Below, piece by piece: positions 1 to 9,566 of a DNA stretch of 64,000 bases. Source of the stretch: Candidatus Eiseniibacteriota bacterium (GTDB taxonomy: Bacteria; Eisenbacteria; RBG-16-71-46; CAIMUX01; VGJL01); assembly GCA_041946735.1 (NCBI GenBank), contig JBHGAY010000008.1, positions 32,001 through 96,000 of the forward strand, in the 5' to 3' direction. A program made the translations under genes and the position numbers. Below the pieces are notes generated by a model that saw only the letters and a program-made list of their open reading frames with translations, did no database searches and was not told the origin of the DNA. Every line of letters begins with the position of its first letter. Position 1 is the first letter of the stretch.

Positions 1-46
1 CGAGGTCCGGATCGTCGTCCACCAGTAAAATCTTCGCCTTGCTCAT
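1..46 (-). CDS. Response regulator receiver domain protein, N-terminal fragment (runs off the window start)
   Basis: Reverse strand reads MSKAKILLVDDDPDL, a typical REC start (hydrophobic beta1 then DD). SD-like GAAGGAG about 12 nt upstream. Not in the ORF track. Confidence 0.85.
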   Translation of the reverse strand, partial: MSKAKILLVDDDPDL

Positions 47-237
47 CGTCTGGCAGCGCTCCTTCATCGGCGCCCGAGCCCGGGGCCGAGTGACCGGGAC
101 TCCGTCCCCCGTCTTCGGATGACGGAGCCCGTCCCATGGTGTGCCGGCTGAGGCGAGTTCATAATAGAGGCTGACTTCGGACGCCACAAGTAGATCGATT
201 TTGCTAATCCTGCGTAGGGGGGAAGTGGGGGGGAACA

Positions 238-267
238 TTGACAGGCTGTCAGGGGTGCCCGTAGAGT
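238..267 (+). promoter_or_regulatory. Putative sigma70 promoter (TTGACA-N18-TAGAGT) with a palindrome TGACAG-G-CTGTCA overlapping the -35
   Basis: Perfect TTGACA at 238-243, TAGAGT at 262-267, inverted repeat at 239-251, about 80 nt upstream of the 347 ATG. Confidence 0.45.
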
Positions 268-346
268 CGGCGCAACATGGCAAGGCGGGTGCCGGCCCGA
301 ACCCGGACGGGTGCGCATCCGTGCACGAAAAACTGAAGAGGAGTCG

Positions 347-2269
347 ATGAATCAACTTCTGCTGGCGGCACTCGCCGTCTCCGGGGCGTTCGATCTGGTT
401 GCTGGAATCTGGGCAATCGTACGCCCGTCGAATTTCGCATCGTTCTGGCTCGGGACTGACGTAGCCGAGCCCTCCCTTGTCATCCCGATCGTCGCCGTCG
501 GCCTCGGCGCCCTGGCGCTCTCCCTCCTCCATCTCCTCGCCATCCACTGGCTCCGAAAGGAGAAGAAGGAAGCCTACGGCCTTTCGATCTCGCTCGGCGG
601 CGGTCTCACCGTCGCCGCTTTGTTTCTCGTCCTGTACCGAGTCCTTGGGCACCAGCCTCTGAATCTCGCGCTCGAACTGATCGCCGAAGGAGCACGAGGC
701 GCGGCGCTCGCCGTGATCGGTATCGCCGCCCGCAACGCTCCCGCGACCGTGAAGGAACTCCGTCTGCCGAAGGAACGTGTCCGCGAGGCTCGCGGCCGGG
801 ACCGGCGGATGGATCAGCGCGAGGTGCGAGGGGGTGGGCGGGGCGGCCGCAGTGGCGGCCATGGCCGCGACAGGGATCGGGATCGGGAACATGATTTCGG
901 CCAGCGCAGGGAAAGGGGCAGGCGCGGCGGCAGAGAGGGCCGAGAAGCAGCCGCACCCCGCGGAGCCGGCGGCCCTGGGCAGGACCGGCGAGAGCCGGCC
1001 GTAACGTCCAGCGCCTCCTCCCATACCGCGCGCAGGGAACCTCGCGAGTCCGTCTCTTCGCCTTCCGTACCCGGGATCCGTCCGGCGCGCCCGGCCGCTG
1101 GTCCCAGCGCGGGCGAGCGGGAGGGGCGCGACCGCTGGTCGTCCCGCCGCGGCCGGGATCGCGAACAGGATCATGATCGTGATCACACGACGCCCGTGAC
1201 CGAAGACGTCCGCTCGCTCGGGGTGGTCGTGACCGGAAAGCCGCCCGTCGGGCTCCGGCAGGACCGCCCTCGGGTCGAGAGTCCTGCAGAGACCGAGGAG
1301 GTCATTCCGCGCGCGCCGATGGTGCCTCGTCTCCGGGCCGAAAGCCTGGTTGCCCGCCCGCTCCCTCCCGATGACGAGGAGCAGGATGCGGGGACCGGCG
1401 AGGGAAGCTCGGACCGCCGCCGCCGTCGTCGTCGCCGTCGCTCCTCCCGTGGATCGTCCGGAGCCGAAGCGCTTTTCGCCTCCGAGCCGTCGCCCACCGT
1501 CGAACCGGCGGAGAGCTTCGCGATCCCGCGTCCCACGCCGCCGTCGATCCGCGAGCCGCGCCCTGAGCGTGTCGAGCGGCCCGGCGAGCGGCACGAACGC
1601 GCCGATCGTCCGGAGCGCTTCGACGGGGCGGAGCGAGCCGAGCGACCGGAGCGGCCGGAGCGCGCCGAGCGACCGGAGCGAGAGGAGCGGCCGGACCGTC
1701 CGGAGCGCCGTGAGCGACCGGAACGGCCGGAACGCCAGGAGCGCTTCGACCGGTCGGAACGCTTCGACCGACCGGAGCGCCACGCAGAGGAGTTCCCACG
1801 AGAGCTGGATCGGCCTGTTGCGGAACCCATGGCGGGCCGCGACCATCCGCTCTTCCATGAGCCACCCGCCGCCTTCGAGCCTGAGCGCTTGATCCGGGAA
1901 GATGTCAGGCCGGCGGCGGAAGCCGGGGAAGGCCAGGAGCCGATCGACATGCTCTCTGCATTCGGGAACCGCGAATCGTCCGCCGAGGCGGCAGCCTCGT
2001 CCCCGTACGGCCGTCACAAGCGCCCGTTCTCCCCGCATCGCAAGGGGAAGCAGGTGAAGCCGCGGGAGACGAAGGTCCATCACTCGCTCGGCGGCGGAGG
2101 ATACACGCCGGAACCCGCTCCGACTCCTGCCGCTGACGCTGGGGAGGAGCCGGCTCCCGCCGCGCCTCCGGAGCGTCCGAAGCGGATCGCCGTCGAGGGG
2201 AGGATCGGCCCGGCCGATGGCATCGGCCCGATCGACTTGACCGACGACAGCGATCGACAGGAGCCCTGA
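347..2269 (+). CDS. Hypothetical membrane protein: about 4 N-terminal TM helices and a long disordered R/E/D/P-rich tail
   Basis: ATG at 347 after GAGGAG. Hydrophobic first ~130 aa, then low-complexity charged sequence (RDRDRDR, poly-R, ERP/ERA/DRP repeats). Confidence 0.75.
   Translation: MNQLLLAALAVSGAFDLVAGIWAIVRPSNFASFWLGTDVAEPSLVIPIVAVGLGALALSLLHLLAIHWLRKEKKEAYGLSISLGGGLTVAALFLVLYRVLGHQPLNLALELIAEGARGAALAVIGIAARNAPATVKELRLPKERVREARGRDRRMDQREVRGGGRGGRSGGHGRDRDRDREHDFGQRRERGRRGGREGREAAAPRGAGGPGQDRREPAVTSSASSHTARREPRESVSSPSVPGIRPARPAAGPSAGEREGRDRWSSRRGRDREQDHDRDHTTPVTEDVRSLGVVVTGKPPVGLRQDRPRVESPAETEEVIPRAPMVPRLRAESLVARPLPPDDEEQDAGTGEGSSDRRRRRRRRRSSRGSSGAEALFASEPSPTVEPAESFAIPRPTPPSIREPRPERVERPGERHERADRPERFDGAERAERPERPERAERPEREERPDRPERRERPERPERQERFDRSERFDRPERHAEEFPRELDRPVAEPMAGRDHPLFHEPPAAFEPERLIREDVRPAAEAGEGQEPIDMLSAFGNRESSAEAAASSPYGRHKRPFSPHRKGKQVKPRETKVHHSLGGGGYTPEPAPTPAADAGEEPAPAAPPERPKRIAVEGRIGPADGIGPIDLTDDSDRQEP
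1552..1780 (+). repeat. Degenerate 9-nt coding tandem repeat (ERP/ERA/DRP tripeptides)
   Basis: Repeated gagcggccg/gagcgaccg/gaccgtccg units encoding ERAERPERPERAERPEREERPDRPERRERPERPER. Confidence 0.7.
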
Positions 2270-2312
2270 CCCAAAGCCAGGGACGACGGAAAGTCTCGCT
2301 CGGTTCGAACGA

Positions 2313-2352
2313 AGAGCGCCCGCGAATCCTCGAAAGAGGCCGCGGGCGCTCT
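2313..2352. terminator. Hairpin between convergent genes (probable terminator)
   Basis: AGAGCGCCCGCG...CCTC-GAAA-GAGG...CGCGGGCGCTCT: 12-bp outer stem plus a GAAA-capped inner stem. No strong U-tract. Confidence 0.6.
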
Positions 2353-2379
2353 CGTTACCGTGCCGGAGCGGAGATCCGG

Positions 2380-4290
2380 CTACATCCGGTCGGGCGCCTC
2401 GACGGTGAGAATCCCGAGGCCTCGCCGCAGCGCCTGCGCGACGCAGAGCGAGAGCTGCAGGCGGGCAAGCACGGTCGCCTCCTCCGGCGCGTCGAGCACG
2501 CGGTGCGCGTGGTAGAAGCGGGCGTAGGCGCGGGTGAGCTCGAGGAGGTGGTTCGCGACCGGAGCGGCCGAGAGCTGCCTCCAGCCGAGATGGATCATCG
2601 TGGGGAATTCGAGAAGCCGCAGGGCCAGCTCCCGCTCCTCGGGCGAGCCGAGGCGGGCGTAATCGACCCGCTCCGGCCGCACGGCCGCGTAGACCCCGGC
2701 CGGCGCGTCGGTCGCCGGCACGAGGTCCTCCTCGCGGATCGTCCCTCGCTCGAGCCCCTTGCGCACGATGCCGCAGATCCGCGCGTGGCTGTATTGAATC
2801 GCGGGCCCGGTGTCCCCCTCGAACGAGAGCTTCTCCTTCGGATCGAAGACGATGTTCTTCTCGTTGCTCACCTGCAGCAGGTAGACCTTGACCGCTCCCT
2901 GGCCGATCGCCTCCGCCGTCGTCTCGATCCGCTCCGGATCGTCCCCGCAGTACCCGCCCTCGACGATGCGCGCCCGCGCCTCGCCGTGCAGCAGATCGAG
3001 CAGCTCGTCGATGTCGACCGCCGTCCCTTCCCGGGACTTGAGCTTGCCGAGCCCGCCGGGAAGGTTCACCAGGCCGTAGGAGACGTGCTGCAGACCGGAG
3101 GCCCACGGATGCCCGAGCAGCTCGAGGATCGCGAAGAGATTCCTGAAGTGCAGGTCCTGCTCCGAGGCGACGACGTAGAGCGAGCGCGCGGCCGCGTAGT
3201 CGCGCTGCTTCTGCACCGCCGTCCCGATATCCTGGGTGATGTAGACCGCCGTGCCGTCGGATCGCAGGACGAGCTTGTCCTGCAGGCCCTTCGTCTCGAG
3301 CTTCGCCCAGACGGAGCCGTCCTCCTTGCGGTAGAAGACTCCCTTCGCAAGACCGCGCTCCACCTCCGCCTTGCCGACGAGCCAGGTGGCGCTTTCGAAG
3401 TACCAGCGATCGAAGCGGCAGCCGAGCCGCTCGTACGTCTCGCGGAAACCTTCGTAGACCCACTCGTTCATCATCGCCCAGAGCTTGAGGATCTGCGGAT
3501 CGCCGTCCTCCCAGCGGCGCAGGATCGCCTGCGCCTTGCCCATCCATTCGGATACGGCGAGGAAGCGCTCCTCCACCTCCTCGCGCCGCTCGCGATCGAG
3601 CTTCGAGAGGTCGATCCCCTCACGCTCGAGCCACGCCGCCTGCTCCTCCTTCAGGGCGGCATTGAAACGGACGTAGTAGCGTCCGACGAAATGGTCCCCC
3701 TTCTCGCCGGTCTTCGACGGCGTCTCCTCGCCGCCCCACGTCATGTAGGCGAGCATCGACCGGCAGATGTGGATGCCGCGATCGTTCACGAGATTCAGCC
3801 GCACGACCTCGTGCCCCGCCGCTTCCAGCAGGTTGGAGAGGCTCATGCCGATCGCGCTGTTTCGCACGTGCCCGAGATGGAGCGGCTTGTTCGTGTTCGG
3901 GCTCGAATACTCGACGAGCACGCGGGAGCCGGCGCCTGCCGTCAGGCTGCCGAAGGAGGCCCCTTCCTCGGCCGCGCAGCGGCAGACGGCCGCGAGCAGC
4001 GAGTCGGTCCGGAAGCGAAGGTTCACGAAGCCGCCGGCCGGGCGGGCCCATTCGAGGATGAGGCCGGGCGCCATCTCCTTCCCCGGCGCCAGGGCCTCGC
4101 TCCATCGAGCGGCGATCTCCTGGGGGGGCCGGCCGAGCGCGCGCGCGAGCGGGAACGCGGCGATCGCGACGTCCCCCAGATCGAGCGAGGGAGGGCGTGT
4201 GAGGACCGGCTCGAAATCGGCGACCGGCTCCGGAAGCCGGCGGACCAGCTCCTCCTTCAGGGCTTTGAGGATCTCCTCGATGCGGGGCAT
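2380..4290 (-). CDS. argS: Arginine--tRNA ligase
   Basis: VEYSSPNTNKPLHLGHVRN (HIGH motif), NDRGIHIC, LRSDGTAVYITQDIG, KLKSREG, GDTGPAIQYSHAR, C-terminal LGI..PDRM. Confidence 0.97.
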   Translation of the reverse strand: MPRIEEILKALKEELVRRLPEPVADFEPVLTRPPSLDLGDVAIAAFPLARALGRPPQEIAARWSEALAPGKEMAPGLILEWARPAGGFVNLRFRTDSLLAAVCRCAAEEGASFGSLTAGAGSRVLVEYSSPNTNKPLHLGHVRNSAIGMSLSNLLEAAGHEVVRLNLVNDRGIHICRSMLAYMTWGGEETPSKTGEKGDHFVGRYYVRFNAALKEEQAAWLEREGIDLSKLDRERREEVEERFLAVSEWMGKAQAILRRWEDGDPQILKLWAMMNEWVYEGFRETYERLGCRFDRWYFESATWLVGKAEVERGLAKGVFYRKEDGSVWAKLETKGLQDKLVLRSDGTAVYITQDIGTAVQKQRDYAAARSLYVVASEQDLHFRNLFAILELLGHPWASGLQHVSYGLVNLPGGLGKLKSREGTAVDIDELLDLLHGEARARIVEGGYCGDDPERIETTAEAIGQGAVKVYLLQVSNEKNIVFDPKEKLSFEGDTGPAIQYSHARICGIVRKGLERGTIREEDLVPATDAPAGVYAAVRPERVDYARLGSPEERELALRLLEFPTMIHLGWRQLSAAPVANHLLELTRAYARFYHAHRVLDAPEEATVLARLQLSLCVAQALRRGLGILTVEAPDRM

Positions 4291-4336
4291 CTCTTCTCCT
4301 GTCTTCGGGAACGAAGCGGCAACAGCGAGGAACTAT

Positions 4337-4392
4337 AGCATGCGATGCCGGGCGAGCACTCGATGCCGGGCGAGCATGCGATGCCGGGGAGC
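4337..4392. repeat. 18-bp tandem repeat x3
   Basis: agcatgcgatgccgggcg / agcactcgatgccgggcg / agcatgcgatgccgggg in the divergent argS-M16 intergenic region. Confidence 0.8.
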
Positions 4393-4555
4393 GCCCGACA
4401 GGCGATTCGCGGCGCGGCCGGCACGCGCCGCCGTTGTCGAGCCGCCGTCGTCAATTCGATTGCCGCGATCGGGGCGGCTCTGACAACCTGAATGGCGCTT
4501 GCCCGCGGGTGACGATCCTGCGCGAGCGGTATGGGGACGAGAAGAGGAGGGGTCG

Positions 4556-6142
4556 ATGAGACGGTTCTGGATCAGGGTCCCCGGGATCCGTGCGATTCCC
4601 GGGACTCTCGGCATTCTCGGGGTGTTGGGGATTCTCGCCCTTCTGCCGGCCGCGCATCCCGCGGTCGCGGCGAAGGCGCAGGCGAAGGGTCAAGACGGCT
4701 TCGCCGCTCTCGAGAAGCAGGTCGAGACGTTCACGCTTCCCAACGGTCTGACCTTCCTCGTGCTGGAGCGGCACGAAGCGCCGATCTTCGGCTTCCGCAC
4801 CTACGTGGATGCGGGAGGCGTCGACGAGATCAGCGGCGCGACCGGGTTGGCCCACATGTTCGAGCACATGGCGTTCAAGGGGACGACCCACGTCGGGACG
4901 ACCGACTACGCGAAGGAACGTCCCGCGCTGGAAGCGGTGGACCGGGCGTGGGAGGCGCTGAAGGCGGAGCGTGACAAGGGCAGGCACGCCGACTCGACGA
5001 AGATCGCTTCTCTCGAAGCGGCGTTCAAGGCGGCGCAGGAGGAGGCGGGCCGCTACGTCGTCGCGAACGAGTTCGGCCGCGTGATCGAGCAGAACGGCGG
5101 CGTCGGCCTGAACGCCGGGACCGGCACCGACGCGACGCAGTACATGTACGACCTCCCATCGAATCGCGCCGAGCTGTGGGCGCTGATGGAAGGGGACCGC
5201 CTGACGCAGCCGGTCCTCCGCGAGTTCTACAAAGAGCGGGACGTCGTCATCGAGGAGCGCCGCATGCGGACCGAGTCGACGCCGAGCGGCCGCCTCTTCG
5301 AGGAGTTCCTCACCGCCGCCTTTCTGGCCCACCCCTACGGCAAGGGGGTGATCGGCTGGCGGAGCGACCTCGAGACCCTGAGCCGCGAAGAGGCGGAGGC
5401 GTTCTGGAAGGAGCACTACGTCGCGAAGAACATGGTGATCGCGGTCGTCGGGGACGTGAAGGCGCCGGAGATCCGCCAGCTCGCTGAGAAGTACTTCTCC
5501 ACCGTGTCCGACGGGCCGGTGCCGCCTCCGGTCCATACGGTGGAGCCGCCGCAGCACGTGGAGCGGACGGTGGTGATGGAGGACGAAGCGCAGCCGCTCA
5601 TCTTCCTCGGCTATCACATTCCCGACTTCAACGATCCCGACTGGTTCGCCTACGCCGCGCTCTCCGACCTGCTGGGGGAGGGGAGATCGAGCCGCCTCTA
5701 CACCCGTCTCGTCAAGGAGGCGAAGGTCGCCGTGCAGGCGGGTACGGGGGCCGGGTTCCCGGGCGAGAAGTATCCGAACCTGATGTTCGGCTTCATCGTC
5801 CCGGCGACCGGCGTCGATCCCGATTCCGCGCTCGCCGTCTTCGACGACGAGGTGGAGAAGATGTTCGACGAGAAGCCGATCACGCAGGAGGAGCTCGACG
5901 GAGTGAAGACGCGCGTCCGTGCGCGCTTCTGGCAGCAGATCCAGTCGAATCAGGGGATGGCGGGGCAGCTCGCCTACTTCCAGGCGATGACGGGCGACTA
6001 CCGGAACCTGTTCCGTCAGGTGGAGAAGGTGGAGGCGGTGACGATCGACGACGTGAAGAGGGTCGCGCGTGAGACCCTCCGCAAGGACAATCGGACGGTC
6101 GCGATCCTGCGCAACCGCCCCGCCGCCGGGGACGCGTCGTGA
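4556..6142 (+). CDS. M16 family (insulinase-like) zinc peptidase, catalytic subunit, with signal peptide
   Basis: FTLPNGL, TGLAHMFEHMAFKGT (HxxEH), LNAGT, ERDVVIEERRMR, HPYG..VIGW. ATG 4556 after GAGGAGGG. Confidence 0.93.
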   Translation: MRRFWIRVPGIRAIPGTLGILGVLGILALLPAAHPAVAAKAQAKGQDGFAALEKQVETFTLPNGLTFLVLERHEAPIFGFRTYVDAGGVDEISGATGLAHMFEHMAFKGTTHVGTTDYAKERPALEAVDRAWEALKAERDKGRHADSTKIASLEAAFKAAQEEAGRYVVANEFGRVIEQNGGVGLNAGTGTDATQYMYDLPSNRAELWALMEGDRLTQPVLREFYKERDVVIEERRMRTESTPSGRLFEEFLTAAFLAHPYGKGVIGWRSDLETLSREEAEAFWKEHYVAKNMVIAVVGDVKAPEIRQLAEKYFSTVSDGPVPPPVHTVEPPQHVERTVVMEDEAQPLIFLGYHIPDFNDPDWFAYAALSDLLGEGRSSRLYTRLVKEAKVAVQAGTGAGFPGEKYPNLMFGFIVPATGVDPDSALAVFDDEVEKMFDEKPITQEELDGVKTRVRARFWQQIQSNQGMAGQLAYFQAMTGDYRNLFRQVEKVEAVTIDDVKRVARETLRKDNRTVAILRNRPAAGDAS

Positions 6143-6156
6143 GAGGGAAGGGGAGG

Positions 6157-8349
6157 ATGACGATGAGGAGGATTCTCGAACGGCGCTCGCTTTCGGGCGC
6201 GCTCTTCGCCGGTCTCGTCGTGGCGATGGCCGTCTCGCTCGGCCTGTCGCTCGCGCCGCAGACCGCCTCGGCGCAATCCGCGGCCCTCTGGGACCGCGAC
6301 CGGCTGCAGTTCCCGCCGCTCCGCGAGATCCAGCTGCCGAACGTGCAGCGGACCGTCCTGCCGAACGGAATGGTCCTCTACATTCTCGAGGACCATGAGT
6401 TTCCCGTCGTGCAGGGACGGGTGCTGATCCGCGCCGGCTCGATGCTCGATCCCGACGGGAAGGACGGACTCGCCCGCATGGTCGCCGACGTGCTGCGGAC
6501 CGGCGGCAGCGCGAAGTACCCGGGGGACGAGCTGGACCGGACGCTCGAGGGGATCGGTGCGCGGATCGAGACCTCGCCGGGGCAGATGATGACCTCGGCG
6601 GTCTTCTGGTCGCTTCGCGAGAACGCGAACGACGTGCTCGCGATGCTCGCCGACCTGCTCCGGCGTCCCGCCTTCCCGGCGGAGAAGATCGATCTCTCGA
6701 AGATCGAGATCCGGCAGGAGATCGCGAGCCGCAACGACCAGCCGATGGACATTCTCGGGCGCGTCATGGAGCAGCAGATCTGGGGGAAGGGCCATCCGTA
6801 TGCCCGCTACCCCGAGTACGCGACCATCGAGGCGATCCAACCGGGAGATCTCGCCGCGTTCCATGGCCAGTACTACTTCCCCGACCGGATCTACCTGACC
6901 GTCTGGGGAGACTTCGACGCCGCGCAGATGAAGAAGAGGATCGAATCGCTCTTCGGCGACTGGAAGGCGTCCGGAAAGCCGGCGCCCGAGCTGCCGAAGG
7001 TCGCGCCGATCGTGCCGGGCGGGAGCATCGCCTACGCCGAGAAGACCGGGACGACGAATACCTGGATCGTCGCCGGTCACGTCGGGCTGCGCGGAGACGA
7101 TCCGGACTACGCCGCGATGAACGTCCTGAACGAAATTCTCGGCGGAGGGTTCTCGTCGAGATTGTTCAACGAGATCCGCACGCGGCGCGGTCTCGCCTAC
7201 GCGACGGGCAGCAGCTCGGGGACCGACATCCCGCGGCCGGGGGTGTTCTTCGGCTACGCGGGAACGCGCAGCGACTCGGCGCTCGTCGTCCTCGACATCT
7301 TGAAGGAGGAGATCGCGCGGGTGACCCAGGAGCCGCCCTCCGCGGACGAGATGCAGAAAGCGAAGGACTCGATCCTGAACTCCTACGTCTTCCAGTTCGC
7401 CTCCAAGGGGCAGATCGCGAGCCGCATGGCGATGCTCGACTTCTGGGGATATCCGGAGGACTTCACCGCCCGGTATCCGGAGATGGTGAAGGCGCTGACG
7501 CCGGAGCAGATCCTGGAGGCGGCGAAGCGCAACATCCATCCCGGCGACCTGCAGGTCGTCCTCGTCGGCGACAAGAAGGACTTCGCGAAGCCCCTCTCCT
7601 CGCTCGGCCAGGTTCAGACGATCGACCTGACGATTCCGCCGCCCCCCTCGAAGGCGGGCGCGGTGCCCGAGGCGGGACCCGAGGCGCAGGCGAAAGGGCG
7701 CGAGATCCTCGCGAAGGCTGCGCAAGCGACCGGCGGCCAGGCCAACTGGGCCGCGGTGAAGAGCGTCGAGAAGCAGACGACCGTCACCGTCACGATGCAG
7801 GGACAGACGGTCCCGATCACCTCCGAGACGATCGAGACGGTCGACGGCAAGACCTACGTCCACCAGAAGCTGCCGTTCGGCGAGATGACCATGGCGAGCG
7901 CCGGCGGCGCGGGTTGGATGAAGATCCCGGGCGGCGTGCAGGACCTTCCGCCGAGCCAGGCGGGGGAGATGCAGAGCGACCGGGCGCGGCAGTTCTGGAT
8001 GCTCTTCGCGAATCCCGAGTCGTACGACGCCCAGGCGGTGGCGGACGAGACCATCGACGGCAAGAAGCTCGCGGGCGTGCTCCTGAAGAAGGAAGGAGTC
8101 GACCCGTTCTTCCTTTTCGTCGATCCAGCCACTGGACGGCCCGCGGCGATCCGCTACCAGGGAAGCGGGCAGCAGGGTCCGACCGAAATGACGGAGATCT
8201 ACGACGGCTATGGCGAGTACGGATCGCTCCTGCTGCCGGACTCGATCCGGATTCTGAGCGAGGGGCAGCCGTTCGCTACGAGCAAGGTGACGAAGCTCGT
8301 CGTGAACGGGCCGGTCGACCCGAAGCTGTTCGAGAAGCCGGCGATGTAG
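6157..8349 (+). CDS. M16 family peptidase non-catalytic subunit with a C-terminal LolA-like extension
   Basis: VLPNGMVLYILEDHEFPVV, no HxxEH, ILGGGFSSRLFNEIRTRRGLAY. Extra ~240 aa C-terminal beta-rich domain ending NGPVDPKLFEKP. Confidence 0.88.
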   Translation: MTMRRILERRSLSGALFAGLVVAMAVSLGLSLAPQTASAQSAALWDRDRLQFPPLREIQLPNVQRTVLPNGMVLYILEDHEFPVVQGRVLIRAGSMLDPDGKDGLARMVADVLRTGGSAKYPGDELDRTLEGIGARIETSPGQMMTSAVFWSLRENANDVLAMLADLLRRPAFPAEKIDLSKIEIRQEIASRNDQPMDILGRVMEQQIWGKGHPYARYPEYATIEAIQPGDLAAFHGQYYFPDRIYLTVWGDFDAAQMKKRIESLFGDWKASGKPAPELPKVAPIVPGGSIAYAEKTGTTNTWIVAGHVGLRGDDPDYAAMNVLNEILGGGFSSRLFNEIRTRRGLAYATGSSSGTDIPRPGVFFGYAGTRSDSALVVLDILKEEIARVTQEPPSADEMQKAKDSILNSYVFQFASKGQIASRMAMLDFWGYPEDFTARYPEMVKALTPEQILEAAKRNIHPGDLQVVLVGDKKDFAKPLSSLGQVQTIDLTIPPPPSKAGAVPEAGPEAQAKGREILAKAAQATGGQANWAAVKSVEKQTTVTVTMQGQTVPITSETIETVDGKTYVHQKLPFGEMTMASAGGAGWMKIPGGVQDLPPSQAGEMQSDRARQFWMLFANPESYDAQAVADETIDGKKLAGVLLKKEGVDPFFLFVDPATGRPAAIRYQGSGQQGPTEMTEIYDGYGEYGSLLLPDSIRILSEGQPFATSKVTKLVVNGPVDPKLFEKPAM

Positions 8350-8351
8350 CA

Positions 8352-8379
8352 GCCGCAGCGGGGGACGAACCGTTGCGGC
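8352..8379 (+). terminator. Hairpin after the M16 operon
   Basis: GCCGCAGCGG-loop-CCGTTGCGGC immediately after the TAG at 8349. Confidence 0.45.
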
Positions 8380-8470
8380 GAGAAGGAACGGCGGGCGGCG
8401 GGACCCGAGCGTCACGTTGCCCGCCGCCGTCCATTCGATCGAAAGCGATGAGGAATCGAAGGCGGTCCGG

Positions 8471-9550
8471 ATGACGAAGCATCGGCGGATGGTCCCCCCG
8501 GCGGGAGTCGCCGCGGGACTGCTCGCCGCAGCGCTCTTCGGAGCGAGCACGCCCGCCTCGAAGGTCCTCCTCGCCACGCTCGATCCGCTCACGCTCGCGG
8601 CGAGCCTCTACCTCGGGGCTGGCCTGGCTCTGAGCCTCGCGCGCATCGCACGGCGCCGCCGGGAAGACCTGCCGGCCGAGGCGCCCCTACAGCGGCGCGA
8701 CGTCCCCTTGCTCGTCGCCGTCGTCGCCCTGGGAGGAGTGGTGGGGCCGGTGATGATGCTGTCCGGCCTCTCGCGGCTCACCGCGACCACGGGTTCCCTG
8801 CTCCTCAATCTCGAGGTGACGTTCACCATCCTGATCGCGGTCCTGCTCTTCGGAGAACATCTGGGACGCCGCGAGGCGGCCAGCGCGCTGCTGGTGATCG
8901 CCGGCGTGGCGGCTCTTGCCTATGACCCGGGTCGTCTCGGCGGCCGGCCGCTCGGTGTTCTGGCCATCGTCACGGCGTGTCTCGCCTGGGCGTTCGACAA
9001 CAACTTCACGCAGAGGCTCTCCCTGCGCGACCCTGTGGCCTTGATGCACGTCAAGACCCTCGGTTCCGGCGCGTTGATGGCGGCGATGGCGGTTTCGATG
9101 GATGGGCTTCCGGGCGGCGCGTGGCCGGCGGTCGGAGCGGCGCTCGGGATCGGCAGCTTGAGCTATGGAGCCAGCCTCGTCCTCCATGCCCGGGCTCTGC
9201 GCCTTCTCGGTGCGGCCCGCCAGGCCGTCCTCTTCGGGACCGCGCCGTTCCTCGGCTTCCTTCTCTCCGTCGTATTCCTGAAGGAACGGCCCGGGGCGAT
9301 CGATCTCGCCGCGGCGCTTTCGATGTTGGCCGGGATCGCCCTTCTGACGAGCCGCGCGCACGCCCACTGGCATAACCATGCAGCGCTCGAACACGAGCAT
9401 GCCCACGTCCATGACGAGCATCACGCACACCGCCACGGGCATGCGGGGGAGATCGCCGAGCCGCATTCACACCCCCACGCGCACGCTCCGATCGCGCACG
9501 AGCATCCCCATGCATCGGACGAGCATCATCGGCACCGGCACGGCGAGTGA
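8471..9550 (+). CDS. DMT/EamA family transporter with His-rich C-terminal tail (probable metal, Ni/Co, export)
   Basis: About 10 TM segments, LFGASTPASK, SLLLNLE, WAFDNNFT. Tail HAHWHNH...HEHAHVHDEHHAHRH...HHRHRH. Confidence 0.88.
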   Translation: MTKHRRMVPPAGVAAGLLAAALFGASTPASKVLLATLDPLTLAASLYLGAGLALSLARIARRRREDLPAEAPLQRRDVPLLVAVVALGGVVGPVMMLSGLSRLTATTGSLLLNLEVTFTILIAVLLFGEHLGRREAASALLVIAGVAALAYDPGRLGGRPLGVLAIVTACLAWAFDNNFTQRLSLRDPVALMHVKTLGSGALMAAMAVSMDGLPGGAWPAVGAALGIGSLSYGASLVLHARALRLLGAARQAVLFGTAPFLGFLLSVVFLKERPGAIDLAAALSMLAGIALLTSRAHAHWHNHAALEHEHAHVHDEHHAHRHGHAGEIAEPHSHPHAHAPIAHEHPHASDEHHRHRHGE

Positions 9551-9566
9551 GGGGGACGATCGGCGC

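Noticed and set aside
4337..4392. Short repeat arrays as CRISPR (also 11100, 19014, 45733)
   Set aside because: Units are 12-30 bp and directly tandem, with no unique spacers and no cas genes.
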